Assembly: GCA_963675785.1 (NCBI GenBank) | Contig: OY776562.1 | Location: 256,001-320,000 of the forward strand | Direction: 5' to 3' | Length of the DNA stretch: 64,000 nt | Origin: Anaerolineae bacterium | GTDB taxonomy: Bacteria; Chloroflexota; Anaerolineae; UBA1429 | Shown here: positions 31,324 to 41,897 of the stretch, in pieces | Position numbering within the stretch: the stretch's first letter is position 1 | Layout: each line of letters begins with the position of its first letter | Notes under the pieces: model-generated | The model's database searches: none | What the model was told of the DNA's origin: nothing | What the model saw: only the letters and a program-made list of their open reading frames with translations | Position numbers and translations under genes: made by a program

Positions 31324-32016
31324 CTATGCAGGGCTGGGTTGAGTTTTTCTCAGATATAGATGAAAGGGGCACATCGTCTGTAAAGGGCATGTTGAGCATT
31401 CGGGATTTCTGGCATGGCAAAGCGTTCGGCCATGCTGAATCATTAACAAGTGCAGTGGATAGTACAACTCACTTGGGGTGGCCTCTTCTAAAAGCTCCTG
31501 GGTCTTTTCAGCAGTCATTTTTTCGGGTACAAGGCCTAGCCTGAGGGCAACGCGGTGAACGTGGGTGTCCACGGGCATGGCTGGAACATGCATAGAAAAG
31601 AGCATGACGCAGGCAGCCGTCTTGGGCCCTACGCCTTTAAGGCTGGTAAGGTAGGATTTGATCTCTTGAGGTGGTAGCTTGGTGAGTGCATTCAACGATA
31701 GTTCCCCCTGATCTTTGAGGACTTTTCGGAGAATGGCCTGAATTCGCGGCGCTTTGATGTTGGCTAATCCACCGATACGTATAGCTTCAGCAACGGTTTC
31801 TGTGGGGGCTTCCACGACCTTTTGCCAGGTGGGAAAGGTGTCGGTCAGGTTCTGGTAAGCGCGTGCTGTGTTCACATCGGCTGTGTTTTGCGAGAGAATT
31901 GTCAGCACCAGCTCATCCAGCGGCGGGCGCTGCGGTTTGATCTGGGGGGCTCCATAATAGCCAAGCAGAGTTTCGTGTACTGTCTGGATGGAGGGGGCAG
32001 TATAGTCAGAGAGCAT
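31324..32016 (-). CDS. nth: Endonuclease III
   Basis: ILSQNT, HhH motif LKGVGPKTA, PVDTHV, C-x6-C-xx-C-x5-C Fe-S motif. Confidence 0.92.
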   Translation of the reverse strand: MLSDYTAPSIQTVHETLLGYYGAPQIKPQRPPLDELVLTILSQNTADVNTARAYQNLTDTFPTWQKVVEAPTETVAEAIRIGGLANIKAPRIQAILRKVLKDQGELSLNALTKLPPQEIKSYLTSLKGVGPKTAACVMLFSMHVPAMPVDTHVHRVALRLGLVPEKMTAEKTQELLEEATPSELYYPLHLLMIQHGRTLCHARNPECSTCPLQTMCPFHLYLRKTQPSPA

Positions 32017-32067
32017 ATCGCCTCCATAGAAAAAGAGGGCGGAGTTCATCCGCCCTCACGGTTGGAC

Positions 32068-32274
32068 CTAGTTTTCTTCGGGGGTTACGGCAGCGTTTAG
32101 ATCTGTCAACATGGCGTCGACATCTATGCCGTGGGCCATAGCACCCTGCTCGAGGTTCTCAAAGCGTGCGGCTGCACAGCCAAAGCACATCAGCCCGTGC
32201 TTTAAAAAGACCTCGATCGTCTCTGGCCACTGTCGTACGATATCCGAAACCAGCATATCTTTGGTAATAACCAT
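32068..32274 (-). CDS. DUF1858 domain protein (HCP-associated redox disulfide)
   Basis: ITKDM, GLMCFGC, HGID. Confidence 0.85.
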   Translation of the reverse strand: MVITKDMLVSDIVRQWPETIEVFLKHGLMCFGCAAARFENLEQGAMAHGIDVDAMLTDLNAAVTPEEN

Positions 32275-32428
32275 AGCTGACTCTTTCCTTTGTAATCATT
32301 AACCTATCTGCTATTATGCCTCGTGTTGACGCTCTTTGCAAGAACTGTTGTAATAGGCACTACCGGTATGGGGTAGTCCTAAAATCGAGACGTTTTGAAT
32401 CAACTATGGGTAAGAGTATGATGTTCGC

Positions 32429-33178
32429 ATGAAAAAGAGCACTATATTCGATGATAGAGCAATCACATTAGGGCACCCCAGTTATGTGTGGCGTGAGGGC
32501 CAAGAACGCCGGCTGGCCATGATTCGCGAGGTGGTGTCACTAGAAGGCGCGCGCATTCTCGATTTGGGTTGCGGTCTGGGTATGTATGTGCTCAAGTTCC
32601 GTGAATTCAGCGATGAGGTGTACGGCGTGGATGTGGACGCGGAACGTGTGCAAGAGGCTTTGCGTACGTTACCCAATATTTATGAATCTACTGCCGAACA
32701 ACTCCCTTTTGATTCGAATTTCTTTGATCTCGTGCTCTCCAACGAAGTGTTCGAGCATGTAACCGACGATCGCCAGGCAGTGAGAGAAGCAGTACGCGTG
32801 CTGCGCCCTGGAGGGTCGTTGGTGGTGTTTGTTCCCAATAGGGGCTATTTCTTTGAGACACATGGCTTCTATTGGCGAGGCAAGTACCATTTCGGCAATA
32901 TTCCCTTGATCAATTATCTGCCTACCAAACTGCGGAACAAGCTTTGCCCTCACGTACGTGCCTACAAGCGAGCCGATCTGCGGGCTCTCTTCGAGGGCCT
33001 TGATGGTGAGATCGTGGTGCATCGCTGCATTTTCGCTGGCTATGACAATATTGTGGCGCGTCACCCCCGGCTTGGGCGGTTCATTCGGTGCTTTTCGTAT
33101 GCCATGGAACCTTCCTTCTTACAGTGGTTGGGGCTGTCCCATTTTCTCGTTTTTCGCAAGAGTGATAAGGCGGAATGA
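32429..33178 (+). CDS. Class I SAM-dependent methyltransferase
   Basis: ILDLGCGLG, EVFEHV, RVLRPGG. Confidence 0.9.
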   Translation: MKKSTIFDDRAITLGHPSYVWREGQERRLAMIREVVSLEGARILDLGCGLGMYVLKFREFSDEVYGVDVDAERVQEALRTLPNIYESTAEQLPFDSNFFDLVLSNEVFEHVTDDRQAVREAVRVLRPGGSLVVFVPNRGYFFETHGFYWRGKYHFGNIPLINYLPTKLRNKLCPHVRAYKRADLRALFEGLDGEIVVHRCIFAGYDNIVARHPRLGRFIRCFSYAMEPSFLQWLGLSHFLVFRKSDKAE

Positions 33179-33182
33179 TACA

Positions 33183-35012
33183 GTGATTGTACGTTTTGAA
33201 CCGTCGGGTAAAAGGGCCGAGGCTCGGGCTGGCCAAACCATTTTGGAAGTAGCCCGTGAGGTTGGTGTGGATATCGAGGCTGTTTGCGGTGGACGAGGCA
33301 CCTGTGGCAAGTGCAAGGTGATCGTCGCCGATGGCCTTTCTCCACTTACAGATCAAGAGAAAAAGCTTATCAGCGAAGATGAGATTCGCAGAGGGTATCG
33401 TCTGGCTTGCCAGACGGTAGTGCTCGCGGATACGGATGTGGTTGTGCCCGACGAGTCGACGGTTTCTCGCGTGAGCATTCTTTCAGATGCTAGTGGTGGA
33501 GAGGTCGAACTCGATGCCTGGGTCAAACACTATACAGTGATGGTTCCTGATTCCACCTTGGCTGACCAAACGCCCGACTGGGAGAATGTTCAGGATGTGC
33601 TCTATCGCCAGTATGCCATCAAACCTGGTGTTACCCTGGGCGCCCTGAGAGAACTTCCTTCCGTATTGCGTGAGAATGAGCGGAACCTCGATGTCGTTCT
33701 GGTGGATGATACGGTTGTACGCTTTCGAGCGAGCGATTGCGATATCCCGTTACTGGGCATTGCCTTTGATATCGGTACGACGACGGTGGTGGGCTATCTA
33801 CTGGATTTGGAGCATGGCAACCAGCTAGCCGTGGCTTCTCGACTCAATCCGCAAACGCGCTATGGTGATGATGTCATCTCGCGCATCGGTTATGTAAGCG
33901 CTGCTGCTGATGGGTTGCTTACCTTGCAAAAGACAATTCTTGGGGCGCTCAACGAGATAACGCGAGAATTGCTAGAGCATTCTGGCTATTCTACAAACGA
34001 TGTTTACGCCTCGACTATTGTTTGCAATACAACCATGCATCATCTCCTGCTCGGCTTGGACCCCACCTGGCTGGCTCAGGCACCTTATGTGCCCGTTACC
34101 AGCCAGATGCAAGAGCTTCGGGCGAGCCAATTAGGTTTGGATATTCACCCAATGGGGTTGGTGGTAGTGCTGCCCAATATCGCGGGTTGGGTGGGGGCCG
34201 ACACAGTGGGCGTCATCCTGGCGACGCGGCTTTATGAACAGGATGAACCGGCCTTGGCCATCGACATTGGCACCAACGGCGAGATGGCGCTGGGTACGCG
34301 GGAGCGTGTGGTGACTTGCTCTACAGCAGCAGGCCCGGCCTTTGAGGGCGCCCACCTGAGTTGCGGTATGCGTGCCGCCGATGGGGCCATTGAGGGCGTG
34401 ACCATGGATGACGATGTGGCTCTTCGCGTTATTGGTGGAACGGCGCCTCGCGGCGTCTGCGGTTCAGGGTTGGTTGACCTGGTAGCGGCCATGTTGCAGT
34501 CGGGCGTGCTGACATCTACGGGGCGCTATGCCTCCGCCGAACGTTTGCGGCAGGAGGGCTCGATTCGGTTGGCGGATCGCTTAATTGGTAGTGGGCGCAA
34601 TCTGGAATTCGTGCTGGTTTCTGCAGAGGAAGGAGCCGGAGGGCGTCCAGTGATGATCACTCAACGGGATATTCGCGAACTGCAACTGGCCAAAGGCGCT
34701 ATTCGGGCAGGCATCGAGATCCTCTTGAACGAACTGAATCTGTGCCATGAGGATGTCCGCAAGGTGTATTTGGCCGGCGCTTTTGGTAACTATATCGATC
34801 CTGATTCAGCATTGGCCATTGGGTTGATGCCTCATTTCGAGAATGCCCAGGTGATCCCGGTGGGAAATGCGGCTGGTGCCGGCGCACGTATGGTGCTTCT
34901 TTCGAATGCACTGCGCCAGCGTACGCCCGGACTTGTCAACACATTGGAATACATCGAGCTGTCGGCTGTCAAGACATTTCAGGAACGCTTCGCCGAAGCG
35001 ATGACTTTTTAG
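33183..35012 (+). CDS. ASKHA/DUF4445 reductive activator of corrinoid proteins (RACo-like) with N-terminal 2Fe-2S domain
   Basis: CGGRGTCGKC...RLAC, DIGTTTV, DIGTNGE, AGPAFEG, LQLAKGAI, LAGAFG. Likely GTG start at 33183. Confidence 0.92.
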   Translation: MIVRFEPSGKRAEARAGQTILEVAREVGVDIEAVCGGRGTCGKCKVIVADGLSPLTDQEKKLISEDEIRRGYRLACQTVVLADTDVVVPDESTVSRVSILSDASGGEVELDAWVKHYTVMVPDSTLADQTPDWENVQDVLYRQYAIKPGVTLGALRELPSVLRENERNLDVVLVDDTVVRFRASDCDIPLLGIAFDIGTTTVVGYLLDLEHGNQLAVASRLNPQTRYGDDVISRIGYVSAAADGLLTLQKTILGALNEITRELLEHSGYSTNDVYASTIVCNTTMHHLLLGLDPTWLAQAPYVPVTSQMQELRASQLGLDIHPMGLVVVLPNIAGWVGADTVGVILATRLYEQDEPALAIDIGTNGEMALGTRERVVTCSTAAGPAFEGAHLSCGMRAADGAIEGVTMDDDVALRVIGGTAPRGVCGSGLVDLVAAMLQSGVLTSTGRYASAERLRQEGSIRLADRLIGSGRNLEFVLVSAEEGAGGRPVMITQRDIRELQLAKGAIRAGIEILLNELNLCHEDVRKVYLAGAFGNYIDPDSALAIGLMPHFENAQVIPVGNAAGAGARMVLLSNALRQRTPGLVNTLEYIELSAVKTFQERFAEAMTF

Positions 35013-35028
35013 CAATGTCAAAAGGCCT

Positions 35029-35057
35029 TTGACATGCACAAAAGCATTGGCTATACT
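35029..35057 (+). promoter_or_regulatory. Sigma70-type promoter upstream of yvcK-gap
   Basis: TTGACA-N17-TATACT; implies the true yvcK start lies downstream of the track start. Confidence 0.7.
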
Positions 35058-35066
35058 GACAATGGC

Positions 35067-36035
35067 GTGTTGAGCAAAGATCATGTGCCGTCTCGTGTGG
35101 TAGCATTGGGCGGGGGACATGGTTTGTCGACACTGCTCAGGGGCTTGAAGGATCGAGTTCCCGATTTAACAGCAATTGTCTCGGTGGCCGATGACGGTGG
35201 CAGTTCGGGATTGCTTCGCCAGGAGCTGGGGCTTCCTCCTCCGGGTGATTTGCGAGATTGCATTGCCGCAATGGCTGAAGCAGAGCCGCTCATGCAGCTC
35301 TTGTTTCAATATCGTTTCGGTCGAGACTCTCATTTAGAAGGGCATTCGTTCGGGAATTTGCTCATTGCCGCGATGAGCGGCATTACGGGCGATTTCGAGA
35401 ATGCCATTGCCGCCGTGAATCAGGTGCTAGCCGTCAAAGGCCGCATCCTGCCATCGAGCCTTGATGATTTGGTACTGTGTGCTGAAAGTGCTGCACCTGA
35501 AGAAGTCAATGGCTCTCGCCTTCTTGAAGGCGAAGCGTGCATCGGCACGAGCGCGGGGCGTATCGAGCGGGTTTACATCAGACCCGAGAGGGCACGTGGA
35601 TATCCCCAGGCGATTCAGGCCATCCTTGCGTCCGATTTGGTGATTCTGGGGCCGGGCAGCCTTTATACGAGTGTTATCCCGAATCTGCTGATTCGGGATA
35701 TTCGCGAGGCGATCATTGCCAGCGGGGTTCCCGTGTTTTACATCTGCAATGTAGCAACGCAGATGGGTGAGACCAGCGGCTACAATGTGGGCGATCATTT
35801 GTGTGCACTTGAAGAGCACACACTGCCGGGTCTGGTCACTCGGGTTCTAGCCAATGGCAATCTTTCGGTTGACCTGACAGGCGACGAGATCACGCGTTTT
35901 GTAGAGCCCGTGACTGGTGAGTATGCAAAGCGCACGTCTTTTTATGATCTCGTTGATGAGCAAATGCCCTGGCGACATGGCGCCCAGAAACTAGCGGAGG
36001 CCGTTTTGATAGAGTATCACGCCCTGATGGGCTGA
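35067..36035 (+). CDS. yvcK: YvcK/CofD-like gluconeogenesis factor (start uncertain)
   Basis: [36 protein letters not shown]. Confidence 0.88.
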   Translation: MLSKDHVPSRVVALGGGHGLSTLLRGLKDRVPDLTAIVSVADDGGSSGLLRQELGLPPPGDLRDCIAAMAEAEPLMQLLFQYRFGRDSHLEGHSFGNLLIAAMSGITGDFENAIAAVNQVLAVKGRILPSSLDDLVLCAESAAPEEVNGSRLLEGEACIGTSAGRIERVYIRPERARGYPQAIQAILASDLVILGPGSLYTSVIPNLLIRDIREAIIASGVPVFYICNVATQMGETSGYNVGDHLCALEEHTLPGLVTRVLANGNLSVDLTGDEITRFVEPVTGEYAKRTSFYDLVDEQMPWRHGAQKLAEAVLIEYHALMG

Positions 36036-36118
36036 TATCATATGTGCACGGGCTGTATTGTGGAAATGCGGCTAGAGCACGGATGTGGCAGCAACGTTGG
36101 TGTAAAAAGGAGTTCAAA

Positions 36119-37132
36119 ATGACCATTCGTGTAGGTATCAACGGTTTCGGTCGTATCGGCCGTCAGTCTTTCAAGGCTATGGTTAGTCGCTATGGCGACG
36201 AGATTGACGTTGTAGGCGTCAATGACCTGTATCCCCCTTCAACTTTTGATCTGCTCCTTCGCTACGACTCGGTTTATGGCAAGTTTGACGCCGACGTCGA
36301 AGTGATTGATGGCGGCCTCAAAGTCAACGGCAAGACGACCAAGTTCTTTGCCGAGCGCAACCCATCTGACATCCCCTGGGGCGACCTGGATGTAGACGTT
36401 GTGGTCGAATCCACTGGCTTTTTCACCAAGGCCGATGGCGCTCGTGGCCATGTGGCTGGCGGCGCCAAAAAGGTGCTCATCAGCGCCCCGGCTTCTGGTG
36501 AGGATATCACCATTGTGATGGGTGTGAACGAAGAAGATTACGATCCCGCCAAGCACACCATTCTTTCGAACGCTTCTTGTACCACCAACTGCCTTGCTCC
36601 TGCTGCCAAGGTTGTCAACGACAACTGGGGTATCGTTCGCGGTCTCATGACCACCGTGCACTCTTACACCGGTGATCAGCGCATCGTCGACACACCGCAC
36701 AAGGATCCCCGTCGCGCTCGCGCTGGCGCCTTGAACATTATCCCGACCACCACTGGCGCCGCTAAGGCAGTCGCGTTGGTTATTCCTTCGCTCAAGGGCA
36801 AGTTCGATGGTATGGCCATGCGAGTCCCGACACCGACCGTCTCCATTGTCGACTTTGTTGCCGAGCTCGAAAAGCCCGCCAAGATCGAGGAAGTCATCGC
36901 TGCTTTCAAGGCCGCAGAGGCTGGCTCGATGGCCGGGTTCCTTGGCGTTAGCGAAGAGCCCCTCGTTTCCATGGACTTTCGTGGCGACCCCCGCTCTTCC
37001 ATCATTGATGCTGCTTCGTGCATGATGGTTGGCGATAACATGCTCAAGGTTGTTAGCTGGTACGATAATGAGTGGGGCTACTCGAACCGCGTGGCCGATC
37101 TCATCGCCTACATGGGCAACAAGGGCTTCTAA
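36119..37132 (+). CDS. gap: Glyceraldehyde-3-phosphate dehydrogenase type I
   Basis: [28 protein letters not shown]. Confidence 0.98.
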   Translation: MTIRVGINGFGRIGRQSFKAMVSRYGDEIDVVGVNDLYPPSTFDLLLRYDSVYGKFDADVEVIDGGLKVNGKTTKFFAERNPSDIPWGDLDVDVVVESTGFFTKADGARGHVAGGAKKVLISAPASGEDITIVMGVNEEDYDPAKHTILSNASCTTNCLAPAAKVVNDNWGIVRGLMTTVHSYTGDQRIVDTPHKDPRRARAGALNIIPTTTGAAKAVALVIPSLKGKFDGMAMRVPTPTVSIVDFVAELEKPAKIEEVIAAFKAAEAGSMAGFLGVSEEPLVSMDFRGDPRSSIIDAASCMMVGDNMLKVVSWYDNEWGYSNRVADLIAYMGNKGF

Positions 37133-37148
37133 GTCCGGACGTACAATT

Positions 37149-37181
37149 AAGCGGGGAGGATATTCATCCTCCCCGCTTTTT
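37149..37181. terminator. Bidirectional terminator
   Basis: AAGCGGGGAGGAT...ATCCTCCCCGCTTTT. Confidence 0.85.
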
Positions 37182-37183
37182 CT

Positions 37184-38200
37184 TTAATGAAGGCGCTTTC
37201 TCAATGAGATGGCCGCCTTGATTAGCTTGTCTACGGCTGGACGATAGATGTATTCATAGGCCCCGGCATAGCGTTCGGTCCATCCACCAAATCCCGCTTT
37301 GAATCTCCCCACGCCGCCCAGGTCGTGTTCCTCCGCATCGATATCCACATCAGGAATACCCCAGAGATCATAGCGCGTACAGCCCTGTTCGTGGGCCCAC
37401 ACCATGGCTTCATATTGCAGCTGGTGATTGGGCATGAGTTCGCGATGTTCATTCAACGAGCCGCCGTACATATAGATGGCTTCCTCTCCAAAGGCGGGTA
37501 CCATAATACCAGCGATGGGCTTTTCTTCCAGGTAGGCCATTATCAGAACGGCTTGGCCTTCGCGCTCAAATTCCTCAAAGGCCTGGGTGTAATAGGCCTG
37601 GCTGTGTATGCCAAATTCGTCACGCTCGCCAGTAACTTGCATGATCTGGTAAAAAGCATCGAGGGCTTCAGCACCCTGCCGCCGCACCTCTACGCCGCGC
37701 TTGGCCGAAAGACGAGTGTTATAGCGCCACTTGGATTTGAAGGAAGCCAAAATCTCTTCGGGCTCATAAGAAACATCAATGACGATAGTGCGGCGAGGCT
37801 GGATCTCTTGTGCGTTGGGGACGAAACCAGCAGCTTCTAACCAATCCCAGGTGGTGCGTTCAGCATCCAGAGTGTTAGGCTCGATCTTGAGGCTGATAGC
37901 GCGCATTTGCCGGGCCGTTGTGTGGAGTGCTTGCAGCAAGAGGGATCGCGTTTCATCAGTTTCCTGCAAAAAGAGAGGGCCTTTGGGGATATAGCCGATG
38001 CTCAAGGGGCCCGCTTTGCGAAAGAGAACTTGGACTCCAGCGACGGGGTGCCCCTCATGATCGACGATGAGCCGCACGGCTTGCCAGCCAAATTGTGATT
38101 TGAGATCACCCCAGCCCCAGCTTTGCAGAAGGTGTGGGCAATGTGCATGGGCAAGAAAACCAGACCACTCGGCAGGGTGGTTGCATACATGAAAGGACAT
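37184..38200 (-). CDS. FemAB/FemX peptidoglycan bridge peptidyltransferase
   Basis: LLQSWGWG, YIPKGP, KWRYNTRLS.KRGV, YDLWG, FKAGFGG. Confidence 0.9.
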   Translation of the reverse strand: MSFHVCNHPAEWSGFLAHAHCPHLLQSWGWGDLKSQFGWQAVRLIVDHEGHPVAGVQVLFRKAGPLSIGYIPKGPLFLQETDETRSLLLQALHTTARQMRAISLKIEPNTLDAERTTWDWLEAAGFVPNAQEIQPRRTIVIDVSYEPEEILASFKSKWRYNTRLSAKRGVEVRRQGAEALDAFYQIMQVTGERDEFGIHSQAYYTQAFEEFEREGQAVLIMAYLEEKPIAGIMVPAFGEEAIYMYGGSLNEHRELMPNHQLQYEAMVWAHEQGCTRYDLWGIPDVDIDAEEHDLGGVGRFKAGFGGWTERYAGAYEYIYRPAVDKLIKAAISLRKRLH

Positions 38201-38229
38201 AAAAGCCCCCGTTGGCAAGATAATAGGAT

Positions 38230-39813
38230 TTAGAGTGGCACGATCAAATTGAACTGAGACCCAGCCCCAACGGTGCTTTCGACCGTGATTGTTCCACCGA
38301 TCAGTTCGGCCATCTCTCTGGCAATAGAAAGCCCCAGGCCGAGGCCACCATGTCGCCTTCGCAACGAATCTTCCACTTGGTAGAAACGATCAAAGATACG
38401 TTCGAGCTGTTCAGGTGCAATGCCAATGCCCGTGTCTACAACAGCGATCGTCAGGTCGCCATGATCCTCTGAGGCGGAGACCGTAATCGTGCCCCGATCC
38501 GGTGTGAATTTGACGGCGTTGGAGAGCAGACTCGCCAGAATGAGGTGCAGAATTTCCTGATCGGTATTGATCTCGATATCGCCTTTTGGGAGTTTGACCT
38601 GCACAAGCTGTTGTTTTTTTTCGGTGAGTAGTTGGATATCCCGAACGGCATCGGCAACGGTGTCGGCGACGCTAAAAATTGTCATCGAGATTTGTGCTTG
38701 TCCGGTATCGATGCGTTGCAGGCTGATCATCTCGTCAATGATAGAGCGGAGTTGCATGGCTGCCTGGGTAACCTGGCCGAGATGTTCGGCTACTTGGCCG
38801 GTAGCTTCATCCTCTAGCAGGGCAGCATAGGCCAGCACTACGGCCAGCGGCGAACGCAATTCGTGGGCGGCGATATTGATGAATTCGCTCTTGAGATGAT
38901 CCAATTCGGCAAGCCGCTCATAGGCATCGCTGATCTCACGAAAGAGGCGGGCGTTTTCGATGGCGATAGCCGCCTGGCTGCCCAGCACTGAGAGCAGCTC
39001 AATATCGCTTTGGTTAAAGGGGGTTGTCTGATTAATACGGGCGACGTTCAATACACCAATGGGCTGATCTTTGAGAACAAGCGGTAGGGAGATAGCTGTA
39101 GAGACCCTGGACGCGCCAAAAGTCAGCTCGGTCCACTCGTCTATTTCAAATTCGCCTTGCAATACTAGGGGTTCTCGTGTCTCCAACGCTCGCCCTGCAT
39201 GTCCTTGGCCGAGCTTGGGGCCCTTGGTGTTCGAGATGTGTTCTGGTAATCCTTCATTGGCAAGAAGATGTAATCGCTCATCTTTGCCAAGCAGCATGAG
39301 CGTAGCGGTTTCGGCGTTCATTTCTTGTTGGGCAATTTGTACCACATGCTGGGGGGCATCTTCGGCTTCGGCAGCGCTCATGAAAACCTGGCTGAGATTC
39401 AAGAGGGGAATGAGCGCGCGCAGGCGAGCCGTTTCGTCCTGGTTGCGTTTGCGCTCCAGGGCGCGATCTACCGCAGCGGCGAGCTCGCGTGGGCGGAAGG
39501 GCTTGAGCACGAATTCATAGACGCCAAGTTGAATCGCCTCAATGGCGGTCTCCAAGGTGCCGTATCCGGTCATCACTACAGCTACAATGCCGGGTTGCAG
39601 CTCGCGGATAGCCTTGTAGGCATCGAGGCCGCTCATACCGGGCATTTTGATGTCAGTAATAAGGACGTCAAAGGGTTGTTGTTCTGCCAATTCCAGTGCT
39701 TCTTGGCCTGAAGACGCCTCGATTGGATCATACCCCGCAACTTGAAGGACGCGCGTACACATGACGCGCAGATCGGTTTGATCTTCGGTTACTAGTATTC
39801 TTGGATTGGGCAT
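38230..39813 (-). CDS. Hybrid sensor kinase (REC-GAF-HisKA-HATPase)
   Basis: DIKMPGMSG, AHELRSPL, NAVKFT, DTGIGI, GLGLGL. Confidence 0.93.
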   Translation of the reverse strand: MPNPRILVTEDQTDLRVMCTRVLQVAGYDPIEASSGQEALELAEQQPFDVLITDIKMPGMSGLDAYKAIRELQPGIVAVVMTGYGTLETAIEAIQLGVYEFVLKPFRPRELAAAVDRALERKRNQDETARLRALIPLLNLSQVFMSAAEAEDAPQHVVQIAQQEMNAETATLMLLGKDERLHLLANEGLPEHISNTKGPKLGQGHAGRALETREPLVLQGEFEIDEWTELTFGASRVSTAISLPLVLKDQPIGVLNVARINQTTPFNQSDIELLSVLGSQAAIAIENARLFREISDAYERLAELDHLKSEFINIAAHELRSPLAVVLAYAALLEDEATGQVAEHLGQVTQAAMQLRSIIDEMISLQRIDTGQAQISMTIFSVADTVADAVRDIQLLTEKKQQLVQVKLPKGDIEINTDQEILHLILASLLSNAVKFTPDRGTITVSASEDHGDLTIAVVDTGIGIAPEQLERIFDRFYQVEDSLRRRHGGLGLGLSIAREMAELIGGTITVESTVGAGSQFNLIVPL

Positions 39814-39857
39814 TTAGTGAACCTCAATACATGCAGCAGCAATAATAGGGTGTGTTT

Positions 39858-40568
39858 TTAACTGGGCTCGTTGCCCGAGACAAGATAGCCGCGCCGCAGG
39901 ATATTCTTGAGATAAATCGGATTACGCGGATCGGGTTCGATTTTATCTCGAACATTCTTGACATGTACGCGCACCAAATCGGGCATACCGGTTCCCGCCG
40001 GATACCCCCAAACTTGCTGCAAGAGCGCGTCTGTAGAATATACTTGATTTGGGTGATTGATCATGAAAAAGATGAGTTCGAACTCGACGGGCGTCAACAA
40101 GACGATACGATCAGGTGTGGCAAGTTCATAAGTCTTGCAGTTCAGTACGAGATTACCAACTTCAATAAGTTCAGACATGGAACCATCGAGCCCGGCACTA
40201 GAGCGGCGTAACAGCGCTTTGACGCGCAATTGCAGCTCGCGCAGCTCAAATGGTTTGGTGACATAATCGTCGGCGCCAGCTTCAAAGCCATCGATTTTGT
40301 CCTCAATGTCGCTCTTGGCCGTCAGAAAAAGGATGGGGATGTCGCGCAAGTCAGGATTGGCGCGCATATGGCGGCATACGTCAATCCCATTCATGCCAGG
40401 CATCATGATGTCCAAAACGACGACATCAGGTTTGCGTTGGCGAGCGATTTCAAGCGCATCGGCACCGCGATTGGCGACAATGATTTCATGCTCCAAACGT
40501 CGTAAGGTACGCGCTATCGTCTCGGCCACGGCCACTTCATCATCGACCACTAGGATCCGCTTTGCCAT
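39858..40568 (-). CDS. OmpR-family response regulator
   Basis: ILVVDDE, DIMMPG, GADDYVTKPF, winged-helix VRVHVKNVRDKIE. Confidence 0.93.
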   Translation of the reverse strand: MAKRILVVDDEVAVAETIARTLRRLEHEIIVANRGADALEIARQRKPDVVVLDIMMPGMNGIDVCRHMRANPDLRDIPILFLTAKSDIEDKIDGFEAGADDYVTKPFELRELQLRVKALLRRSSAGLDGSMSELIEVGNLVLNCKTYELATPDRIVLLTPVEFELIFFMINHPNQVYSTDALLQQVWGYPAGTGMPDLVRVHVKNVRDKIEPDPRNPIYLKNILRRGYLVSGNEPS

Positions 40569-40695
40569 GGGTTCACTCCCTGATCCGTCTCCGTTAGCAC
40601 AACTAGTCAGGATTATACCAGCTTGACACGTGCTTAACAACACAAACGTTTGACCTGATCCCTCAGGTGCGATAACATAATGTTGAGGTGGCAAT

Positions 40696-41127
40696 ATGAC
40701 AAACCGTTTCAAGCTCCCTGGCAAGTTACAGCTAGCCGCTACGATATGCGGCACATTTGCTGTGATCTTTGTGGTTTCATTTGCAGAAAAGGCCGTACAA
40801 GCCCGTGAGTTGTTGGCCTGGCGCAGCGAGCTAGAAGACGAGCTTGCTCAGCTCGAGCGGGAAAAAGTGAATTTGCAGACTGAACTTGCTCAGCGACAGC
40901 AGCCCGAGTGGTACGATCAGGTTCTGCGTGACGCTGGCTATGTGAACGACGGCGATGTGCGTGTAGTAGTTACTTTGCAAGAGGCAGATGAGACGGCGGC
41001 AGTGGCGGAAGATTCAGAGACGGTGAATGTTGCTTCTGAAGAGACAGTTACCAGCGGTGGTTGGTTCTCGAACGATAATTGGCAAGCCTGGCAGATGCTT
41101 TTGTGGGGAAACGAAAAGGACTCCTGA
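40696..41127 (+). CDS. FtsB/DivIC-like septum formation initiator
   Basis: Single TM segment, coiled coil, then LRDAGYVNDGD. Confidence 0.6.
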   Translation: MTNRFKLPGKLQLAATICGTFAVIFVVSFAEKAVQARELLAWRSELEDELAQLEREKVNLQTELAQRQQPEWYDQVLRDAGYVNDGDVRVVVTLQEADETAAVAEDSETVNVASEETVTSGGWFSNDNWQAWQMLLWGNEKDS

Positions 41128-41134
41128 CCGCGAT

Positions 41135-41163
41135 TTGACAAACATAGTCTCTGCCAGTATAAT
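41135..41163 (+). promoter_or_regulatory. Consensus sigma70 promoter of the tRNA pair
   Basis: TTGACA-N17-TATAAT. Confidence 0.9.
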
Positions 41164-41174
41164 CTCCTTCACGA

Positions 41175-41246
41175 TGCGGGGTGGAGCAGTGGCAGCTCGT
41201 TGGGCTCATAACCCAAAGGTCCCAGGTTCGAATCCTGGCCCCGCTA
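41175..41246 (+). tRNA. Initiator tRNA-fMet (CAT)
   Basis: Cloverleaf with 1:72 mismatch, GGG/CCC in the anticodon stem and TTCGAAT T-loop; CCA not encoded. Confidence 0.93.
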
Positions 41247-41251
41247 CTTTT

Positions 41252-41323
41252 GGCGACGTAGCTCAGTGGTAGAGCAGGGGACTCATAAGCCCTTGGTCAC
41301 TAGTTCAAATCTAGTCGTCGCCA
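41252..41323 (+). tRNA. tRNA with CAT anticodon (elongator Met more likely; Ile2 not excluded)
   Basis: GGCGACG/CGTCGCC acceptor stem, CTCATAA anticodon loop, TTCAAAT T-loop. Confidence 0.9.
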
Positions 41324-41329
41324 CACCCT

Positions 41330-41363
41330 GAGGCCCCTTTCCCGATGAGGAGAGGGCCTTTTT
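41330..41363 (+). terminator. Terminator after the tRNAs
   Basis: AGGCCC...GGGCCT followed by TTTT. Confidence 0.75.
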
Positions 41364-41897
41364 CGTTTATAGAACCGAATAGAAACAGCAAAAACGGGCC
41401 TCAACGCAGGTTTCAGAGTGCGTTCGAGACCCGTCTTTTTGTGCGTCAAACACGCCGCGAATAGCTAGGGCGAAAGTGTCCCTTGGTCAGGGCTTGTCTC
41501 CTTTTGTACTTGTGAGAATCAGTTTCATCTTTCTGCAGTATACTGATTATGCGGCAGGTGATTGTATTATTAGTATAATTAATAATACATTAGGAGATAT
41601 ATCTACACTCTTGATAGTGGGCGTCACAGTGTAAGCGATATACAAAAGCTTTCCAAGTGGATGCGGCGCAATTGCTGATTTTGGCCAAGACACCCCTGCA
41701 TTTTCGGGAATGCCATAAACGACTGTGGCACATGTGCTACGGTTATCAAGGGCCCGGAAAGTGCGAATCTGGTGTCAGCCTTGCCTGGGCATGGACGTCG
41801 TAAGTGTGGTAATTGAACACAACGAGAGATCCTGCTGGCATCTACATCAAAGCCCTTTTGCATAGACCGATGTGGGATTGGGAAAAGACGGATAAAA

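Noticed and set aside
32958-33182. N-terminal 75 aa of the RACo track ORF
   Set aside because: Overlaps the methyltransferase; family similarity begins at VIVRFEPSG (GTG 33183).
41390-41440. Long imperfect hairpin after the tRNA terminator as an att site or IS end
   Set aside because: No partner repeat, transposase or integrase was found.
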